The notes below the pieces were generated by a model. It was given only the letters and a program-made list of their open reading frames with translations. It did not search any database and was not told the DNA's origin. Below, piece by piece: positions 57,781 to 64,000 of a stretch of DNA of 64,000 nucleotides. Within the stretch, counting starts at the first letter, position 1, and each line of letters begins with the position of its first letter. Origin of the DNA: a virus; the IMG/VR virus record IMGVR_UViG_3300044714_000124, positions 5,577 to 69,576 of that record. One strand, written 5' to 3'. The position numbers and the translations under genes were made by a program.

Positions 57781-58467
57781 ATGCCTCTTTTGCATTCCTC
57801 TTCTCCGGGTGCCTTCCGGGCCAACGTCAAGACGTTGATGAGCGAGGTTGGCAAAAGTCCTCACGTGGGATCACGGGATCAAGCATTAGCTATCGCATAC
57901 GAGCTTAAGCGCCGCTCCAAACATGCCTTCGGCGGAGCGCCCGCGCCGTGGTTTGTCAGGCAAGAATCCCGCGGGATGATGCGCGGCCCTATTCTCTCCG
58001 CGGTTGCCGGGCGAACCGATCATCATCCGATGTCCGTCGCCAGCGGATCGTATGTGTTGCCGGCGGACCATATGAGCCACCTCGGCCAGGGCAATTCGCT
58101 TTCGGGCGCCAACGTCGTCAACCGCATGTTCCGCATGGGGCCTTATGGCGGCGCAGCGCCCTCGATCAAGCACGGCATGGGCGCGCCGAAACCTCCGAAG
58201 ATGCAGGGCGTCATGGGGGCCTCGGGGGGCGCCATGGATGCCGGCGGGGCGCGTGGCAGTCATGGCGCGCCGGGTGCGCCGGTCCCCATCATGGCGGCGG
58301 GCGGCGAGTTCGTCGTACCGCCGGAAAAGCTCTTGGAATTCCTCCATCGCAACGGCCTGCCAGCGAACCTCAAATACGGTCACGCCATGATGGATGAATG
58401 GGTGAAATCGACGCGGCAGAAGCACATCAAGACGCTGAAAAAATTACCGGGGCCTGCGAAATCATGA
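57781..58467 (+). CDS. conserved phage protein (GRTD...GEFVV family)
   Basis: QALAIAY, GPI.S.VAGRTDH.PM.V.SGSYVLPAD, AAGGEFVVPPE. Confidence 0.7.
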   Translation: MPLLHSSSPGAFRANVKTLMSEVGKSPHVGSRDQALAIAYELKRRSKHAFGGAPAPWFVRQESRGMMRGPILSAVAGRTDHHPMSVASGSYVLPADHMSHLGQGNSLSGANVVNRMFRMGPYGGAAPSIKHGMGAPKPPKMQGVMGASGGAMDAGGARGSHGAPGAPVPIMAAGGEFVVPPEKLLEFLHRNGLPANLKYGHAMMDEWVKSTRQKHIKTLKKLPGPAKS

Positions 58468-58727
58468 ACCTCGATACGCCGACATACACCAAGGCGTCGC
58501 GATTTGTGACAAGGGAAGTGCCGTTTGTAACGTTTGGCAATCATCGGGGCCTGACCGATTTTCAATTGGCGAGCGACCCTGGATTGATGGAGTTTTTTCT
58601 ACACTTCAAACATTGCTTTAAAAGAAATGAATATCTCATGAGTTGGGTTTATGATCCTTATGATGAGTTGCAGGATGGGTCTCAAGCGACCCATCCGATG
58701 AAACTGCTGGGGCCTGCAAAATCATGA
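58464..58727 (+). CDS. AT-rich hypothetical protein ending with the same GPAKS as the upstream gene
   Basis: GGGGCCTGC(G/A)AAATCATGAAC occurs at both ends. Confidence 0.5.
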   Translation: MNLDTPTYTKASRFVTREVPFVTFGNHRGLTDFQLASDPGLMEFFLHFKHCFKRNEYLMSWVYDPYDELQDGSQATHPMKLLGPAKS

Positions 58728-59968
58728 ACAGCGAAGCGGCGGATTTTGCGTTATGCCGGACACATGCCGAACAGGCATGGTCGTTTCCAGCGCCTCCCGA
58801 ATGTGCCGCGAGCGATTGGTGGTCGCGGTTGCAGCAACAAAATCGCGGTGCGATCCGTCAGCTTCCGAACGCCGTGGAAGCTACCAGATTTGCTCAGACC
58901 AGCGCTGCGAGCGGCTTCGATCATCGGCTCGTCGACAAGGGCGATGCCCGGCGGGTGGTGAACTTCAAGCTTGAAGAGCTTGGAACGCGGTTTCTTGGGC
59001 TGAATTGGCCGCGAAACCTGATGGAGTCGCCGCTTTCGCTGCGCGAATCCATCGTGGACGTCGGCGGTTGCCAGTTGAGCAGCATTTTCCTGACGCATCT
59101 GTATTTTTATTTGCGGTCGTCGCAAATGGTCGGACGCGATCCCAGGAGCGTGCTCGAAATCGGGTCCGGTTACGGCGGTCTTGCCCGCATCTACAAGATG
59201 GGCCAGCCGCAGATGAGATATTATCTGGTCGATCTGCCGGAGTCGCTCTATTTCGCGGAAGTATTTTTGCGAGCCAATTTTCCGACCGCGCGTTTTCACT
59301 ACGTTGCGTACGGGGCGCCAATCCCCGACGACAATGTGGATTTCGTGTTCGTCCCGGTGCAGCAACTTGGCGCATTGAACGGACTGCATGTCGATCTGGT
59401 CATCAATACCGGCAGCTTGCAGGAAATGACGGACGCGGCGGTCGCATTCTGGATGAATTTCGTACAGAAGCGCATTGCTGCCGACTATTTCTACAGTTGG
59501 AACTATTTCCTCAACAACAAGAAGCATTTTGCCGAAGTTGGGGTGCAGGCTAATGCGATCTGCCCGGTGCTCGATCCTTATTGGGAAGTGCAGCGCTTCC
59601 GCATCAATGATCCGTTGACGTCGGTGGATTGCCAGCAGCGCAATTGGCTGGAGGTCGGGCTAAGAAGGATCAACGATAAAGCCTTCGATCCAGGCCAGTC
59701 GGTCACTCGATTGCTTGCGGAGGCTGACGTGCTGGTGGCGGCAAGCAATGGCTGGTTTGCCAAGGTGTGGATGTCGATCTGGCAGGAACCGAGGGCGATC
59801 GCGCTGAAGGCGATGCTGGAGGGCCTGGAAATTTTCAGGTCGGGAAGAAGCTTCGGCGTCACCAATCATCTATTGCTGGCGCTTCCGATCTTCAACGCTT
59901 ACGATGAGGCGGCTTACTATCTCAACCGGTTGAGTGCGCTGGCCGAGACGGCGGGACCAAACAAATGA
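58724..59968 (+). CDS. putative sugar O-methyltransferase
   Basis: SVLEIGSGYGGLAR, YYLVDLPESL, DLVINTGSLQEM. Confidence 0.8.
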   Translation: MNSEAADFALCRTHAEQAWSFPAPPECAASDWWSRLQQQNRGAIRQLPNAVEATRFAQTSAASGFDHRLVDKGDARRVVNFKLEELGTRFLGLNWPRNLMESPLSLRESIVDVGGCQLSSIFLTHLYFYLRSSQMVGRDPRSVLEIGSGYGGLARIYKMGQPQMRYYLVDLPESLYFAEVFLRANFPTARFHYVAYGAPIPDDNVDFVFVPVQQLGALNGLHVDLVINTGSLQEMTDAAVAFWMNFVQKRIAADYFYSWNYFLNNKKHFAEVGVQANAICPVLDPYWEVQRFRINDPLTSVDCQQRNWLEVGLRRINDKAFDPGQSVTRLLAEADVLVAASNGWFAKVWMSIWQEPRAIALKAMLEGLEIFRSGRSFGVTNHLLLALPIFNAYDEAAYYLNRLSALAETAGPNK

Positions 59969-60282
59969 CCGAATCCACCAGACCGGCCCTTCCGATCTCC
60001 GACCCTCATCACGTCGCGCCGACGTTCGTCAATGACCTCGTCGCCCGCGGCATCTTCAACGGCAACGTCAACCTCACATTCGCTGCGGCGCTCTTCACGC
60101 CACGTGCCGACGGGACGGTCGATCCCGACCTTACCATCGTGGCGCGGCTTCGGATGGATATGCGCTGTGCGGCCGGTCTTTATCTGGCCCTTGGCGATCT
60201 TCTCAAGCAGGCGAATCCTTCGGTCGGACAGAACTCTACAGAGAGCGTCGATGCGGCGGCGGCGCCCGGCGCGCTGAATTGA
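59965..60282 (+). CDS. hypothetical protein
   Basis: DPHHVAPTFVND...IVARLRM. Confidence 0.55.
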   Translation: MTESTRPALPISDPHHVAPTFVNDLVARGIFNGNVNLTFAAALFTPRADGTVDPDLTIVARLRMDMRCAAGLYLALGDLLKQANPSVGQNSTESVDAAAAPGALN

Positions 60283-60286
60283 AGCT

Positions 60287-60871
60287 GTGGCCGCGATCTC
60301 GCCAGTGCGCCTTGCCACGCCGGCCGATGAACCGGAACTGATCGCGCTGTTGCGGATGATGCACCGCGAAGGCGGCATGCGCGGGCTCGATATCGATTGC
60401 GTCAAGGCGACATTCGCCAAGGCGTTCACGCGCAGGGGCGGCATTCTCGCGGTGATCGGGGATCCTGGACAGATCAAGGGAGCGCTCTTTCTCTTGATCT
60501 CCCGCATGTGGTACACGTCTGAAAATCATCTCGAAGATTTGTTCCTGTTTGTTCACCCGGATCATCGGCGCTCCGACTGCGCGCGGCAACTCGTCGAATA
60601 TGCGAAGAAATGCTCTGACGACATCTCGCGCGAGATGGGCGCCAAGGTTCCGCTGCTGATGGGGGTATTCAGCGCCAAGCGCACAGCGGCCAAGGTGCAT
60701 CTCTATCGCCGCTGGTTGGGGTTTCCGGTTGGTGCGGTGTTCGTGCATAATGCGACCTGGATCGACGCCGCGCAGTCATGTGACGAGGATTACTGGCGCT
60801 CGCCCAAAGTGGCGCTTAAGATCATCAACCAGCAGCGGCGGGTGGCGAGGCGGCGAATCGCGGCAAGGTGA
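60287..60871 (+). CDS. GNAT-fold protein of the virion module
   Basis: VRLATPADE, MWYT...LEDLFLFVHPDHRRS..A..L. Confidence 0.75.
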   Translation: MAAISPVRLATPADEPELIALLRMMHREGGMRGLDIDCVKATFAKAFTRRGGILAVIGDPGQIKGALFLLISRMWYTSENHLEDLFLFVHPDHRRSDCARQLVEYAKKCSDDISREMGAKVPLLMGVFSAKRTAAKVHLYRRWLGFPVGAVFVHNATWIDAAQSCDEDYWRSPKVALKIINQQRRVARRRIAAR

Positions 60872-60892
60872 GGTCGGGAGAGGGCGCAATCG

Positions 60893-63800
60893 ATGTGTAA
60901 GGGCTCGAATACGACCACCACACAGACGTCGCCCAATCCCCAGGCGATGGGGGCCTACACCAACGTCCTCAATCAGGCCCAAGGCGTCGCCCAGACGCCG
61001 TTCACGCCTTACGGGGGCCAATTCACGGCGCCGGTAAACGCCCAGCAATATGCCGGGATCAGCAACATCAACCAGAATGCCGGATTTGCCTCTCCCTACA
61101 TCAATGAGGCCGCCGGCTATGCGACGGAGGCGGCGCAGCCGATCGGATTTCAGCCGCTCACCACACCGCAGATCGATCAGTATATGTCGCCCTACACGCA
61201 GGACGTGGTGCAGGCGACGCAGGCGCAGTTCAACAATCAGAATGCGCAGCAGCAGGCTCAATTGACCGGCAATGCCGCGGCCCAGGGGGCGCTCGGCGGC
61301 GACCGCGTCGGCATCGCGGCGGCAAATCTTGCGGGGCAGCAGCAGCTTGCCGAAGCGCCGGTGATTGCCGGCCTTGAAAACACCGGCTATCAGACCGGAT
61401 TGCAGACTGCCCAACAGCAACAGCAGATGGGGTTGCAGACGCAGCTTGCCGAACAGGCAAACCTCGGCCAGGCGGCCTATTCGCTCGGCAATCTCGGCGT
61501 TGCCGGCGAGAATGCGGCGTTGACGGGAGCCAACGCGCAGGTCGGCGCCGGCAGTCTGGAGCAACAGACGCAACAGGCGAATCTCTCGGCGCTCTATAAC
61601 CAGTTCGAACAGCAGCAGGCGTTTCCGTTCCAGGAAACGCAATGGCTGGCCGGGGTTGATACCGGCGTCGGGTCGCAGATGGGCGGGACCTCGTCCACGA
61701 CGGGGCCGCCGCCGAGCTTGATCTCCCAATTGGCCGGCTTGGGAACTGCCGGTATCGGCGCCGGACAGAGCATGACCGGACTCTCCAATCTTCTGCCGCT
61801 TCTGGCGGCCGCGGGCGGCGGGGGCGTTGCCGGTTTCGCCGATGGCGGCAGTCCCGGCGGTGCGATGCCGGGGATCCCCTATGGCGGCGTTGCCGGATAT
61901 ATTCCCGGATTGAATCTCACGCCGGGCCACGGGCCTCCCTCGCCTCCCTCGGCATCGAACAGTTCGCAGCAGATGATGCAGCAGGCGGCGCAGCTCGCCG
62001 CCATGTTCAAGAATCAGGGCAATGCGAATTCAACCGGCATAAGCGGCGTCAACGGCAGTTCGCTATCGAATCCGAATCTCTCCGCGAACAATGAATATGC
62101 ACAGTTTCCCGCATGGACCGGGACGGGGGCCGATTCGGTTGCCGGCGATGCGAATGGAGGGGCCATAGCGGGCTTCGCTCCCGGCGGCTTCGTCGGTCGC
62201 CTGCCGATGAACAATCGCATCATGGTCCCGCCTCGGGTCATGTCCGGTCCGATGGGCGGGAATCGAGCGCCGATGGCGCCGATGCGGCCGGGCGGGTTGC
62301 GGGCCGGATTTGCGCCGGGTGGGCATGTGCTTTATCGGGATGACGGGGGGGCGACTGACGACGGTCCGGCGAATCCCCTGCCGGGGTTCAATCCCGTGCG
62401 CGACAGCGGTCTGGTGGCTTATCCTGACGACACCAATGTGCAGCCCGTCATTGGAGAAGGTGGTCAGGTTATGGGCTTCGCGCCGGCTGGCCCGATTTCA
62501 TACGACATGGCGGATATTCCGCAGCCTCGATCACGGCCGAATCCATGGCAGGACCTCGGGCCGAGTGCCGGGGAGAGTTCCGGGTTTTCTGTTGATATGC
62601 CGGTTCCCGCTTCGACCCCGAACGATTGGGGTAGTCTCAACAACGTAGCGGTCGGCCTGACGCCCTCGGGAGCCCCAAGGGGCAGTTCCGGGCAGGTCGC
62701 CGGCTTAGGCCCCTCACCGGCCGCCTCCGGGGCGCCACAGGCCGCCCCAGAAGCGGGTGGGGTCGCGGGGTTCGTCAACCGGCTGATCAATCCGATGGGG
62801 TTGAAAGTCAATCCGAACTTCGGCGATGTGCATTTCAATCCATCTCCGGCCGGCCTCGGCCTCATGGCCGCCGGTTTCGGAATGATGGCGTCGCGCAGTC
62901 CATTCCCCGGTGTAGCCATCGGGGAAGGGGCGCTTACCGGCATGCAGACTTATGCGGCGGCGACGAAACAGGAAGAAAGCGCCAAGGACGCGGCAAGGAA
63001 GCTCGATATCGAGGCGGACAAGGCGAAGCAAGAACAACAGAGAGAGACGGCGGCGGAAGCAAACAGGAATTTGATGGCGCAGCAGGGGCGGGAACGGATC
63101 GATATTGCGAGGCAGGCGCAGGACCCGGCCAGAAAGCTCGAATATGAAAAGCAACTCCTGGCGTTGAAGAATGATCCGGCAATGCTCAAAGCCGCGGCTG
63201 ACGCGAAGCGAACCGGCGCCGAACCTCCTGAAGCGATCGATTTCAGGGCTGAGATGGCGTTAGCTGGCAATCCGAGGGCGACACAGGGGCTGCGGGCAGG
63301 GACTCAGGCCGCATCGGACTTTGCGACGGCATTTGCGAGAAAAGCGGCCGAACAGGGGTTATCGCCGAAGGCGATCAATGATCGTCAGGCGCTCTATGCC
63401 GGGCAGATTTCGGGGCAAAAAGTACTTTCGAATCGCGAAGCAAATCTCCTGACCATAGGTAACGAGGCTCGTGATGCTATTCCGTTAGCAATTCAAAATT
63501 CGCAGGCGGCGGATCGTCACGGCAGTGCGACGTGGAATGCGCTGCAACAGAGATGGGAGACAGAATTCGGCGACCAGAAATGGGCAGATCACGTTACCTC
63601 TACCAACGCCCTTGTACATTTGTATGCGCGGGCGCGCAGCGGAGGCCAGGAAACGGTGAGTGGTGTCGAGGAGGGTCATCAACTGCTCAATCCAGCGATG
63701 CCGCCTGCGGCTTATAACGCGACAGTCAAGACTATGGCACGGGAGATCAATCGCTTCCTTCAAGCGCCTGGGGAAACTCGCGAACAGATGTTGAGCGGAA

Positions 63801-63961
63801 AGGTCACGCCGATCGATGTTGAGAACATCGGGAAGCCGCCGCCGAGCGCTGCTGTTTCACCGGGAGGCGGCGGCGCCCCGGCGCCCCCGCCTCCCGGCAA
63901 GTATATATTCAACCCGAAAACCAATCGCCTTGAACCGGTAACGGTGGCGGCTGGGCCATGA
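60893..63961 (+). CDS. internal virion / DNA ejection protein
   Basis: MCKGSNTTTT N-terminus, YMSPYTQDVV, GALGGDR, Q-rich helices. Confidence 0.7.
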   Translation: MCKGSNTTTTQTSPNPQAMGAYTNVLNQAQGVAQTPFTPYGGQFTAPVNAQQYAGISNINQNAGFASPYINEAAGYATEAAQPIGFQPLTTPQIDQYMSPYTQDVVQATQAQFNNQNAQQQAQLTGNAAAQGALGGDRVGIAAANLAGQQQLAEAPVIAGLENTGYQTGLQTAQQQQQMGLQTQLAEQANLGQAAYSLGNLGVAGENAALTGANAQVGAGSLEQQTQQANLSALYNQFEQQQAFPFQETQWLAGVDTGVGSQMGGTSSTTGPPPSLISQLAGLGTAGIGAGQSMTGLSNLLPLLAAAGGGGVAGFADGGSPGGAMPGIPYGGVAGYIPGLNLTPGHGPPSPPSASNSSQQMMQQAAQLAAMFKNQGNANSTGISGVNGSSLSNPNLSANNEYAQFPAWTGTGADSVAGDANGGAIAGFAPGGFVGRLPMNNRIMVPPRVMSGPMGGNRAPMAPMRPGGLRAGFAPGGHVLYRDDGGATDDGPANPLPGFNPVRDSGLVAYPDDTNVQPVIGEGGQVMGFAPAGPISYDMADIPQPRSRPNPWQDLGPSAGESSGFSVDMPVPASTPNDWGSLNNVAVGLTPSGAPRGSSGQVAGLGPSPAASGAPQAAPEAGGVAGFVNRLINPMGLKVNPNFGDVHFNPSPAGLGLMAAGFGMMASRSPFPGVAIGEGALTGMQTYAAATKQEESAKDAARKLDIEADKAKQEQQRETAAEANRNLMAQQGRERIDIARQAQDPARKLEYEKQLLALKNDPAMLKAAADAKRTGAEPPEAIDFRAEMALAGNPRATQGLRAGTQAASDFATAFARKAAEQGLSPKAINDRQALYAGQISGQKVLSNREANLLTIGNEARDAIPLAIQNSQAADRHGSATWNALQQRWETEFGDQKWADHVTSTNALVHLYARARSGGQETVSGVEEGHQLLNPAMPPAAYNATVKTMAREINRFLQAPGETREQMLSGKVTPIDVENIGKPPPSAAVSPGGGGAPAPPPPGKYIFNPKTNRLEPVTVAAGP

Positions 63962-63997
63962 GGGTGAATACCCGGCTCGCCGGGAAGGCAGCGAGAT
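63962..63997 (+). CRISPR. repeat of the array 1 family at the window end (possibly the start of a fourth array)
   Basis: CCCGGCTCGCCGGGAAGGCAGCGAGAT with a degenerate 5' end, immediately after the TGA at 63959-63961. Confidence 0.8.
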
Positions 63998-64000
63998 GGT

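Overview
The window is part of a GC-rich tailed-phage (or prophage) genome, probably podovirus-like and infecting an alphaproteobacterium. From left to right it holds minus-strand early genes (Sak4/AAA ATPase), a CRISPR module, lysis genes, Cro/methyltransferase/replication genes, terminase, portal, scaffold, a sugar-biosynthesis and glycosyltransferase cluster, major capsid, tail and fibre genes, and an ejection protein. Two separate RNA-guided systems stand out. (1) A 455-aa TnpB-derived, apparently nuclease-dead Cas12-like protein (2999-4366) has lost the RuvC-II Glu, the Zn finger and RuvC-III. It sits beside a 14-repeat array, and the same 36-nt repeat recurs at three distant sites, each starting right at the stop codon of a plus-strand gene (7628-8117, 31985-32117, 63962-63997). 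(2) Three cas-less single-spacer units carry a type I-G-like repeat end (CGGCCTCATTGAAGC) at about 40140-40260, 40940-41040 and 57650-57760. Each is enclosed by its own inverted repeat. Each spacer is a mostly synonymously recoded copy of the neighbouring phage gene, with a TTN PAM at the expected position in two of three cases. This suggests host-Cascade-powered targeting of related phages and possibly RNA-guided homing. No cas1/cas2 or type I cas genes are visible in the window. All product names come from motif recognition by eye, not from database searches.
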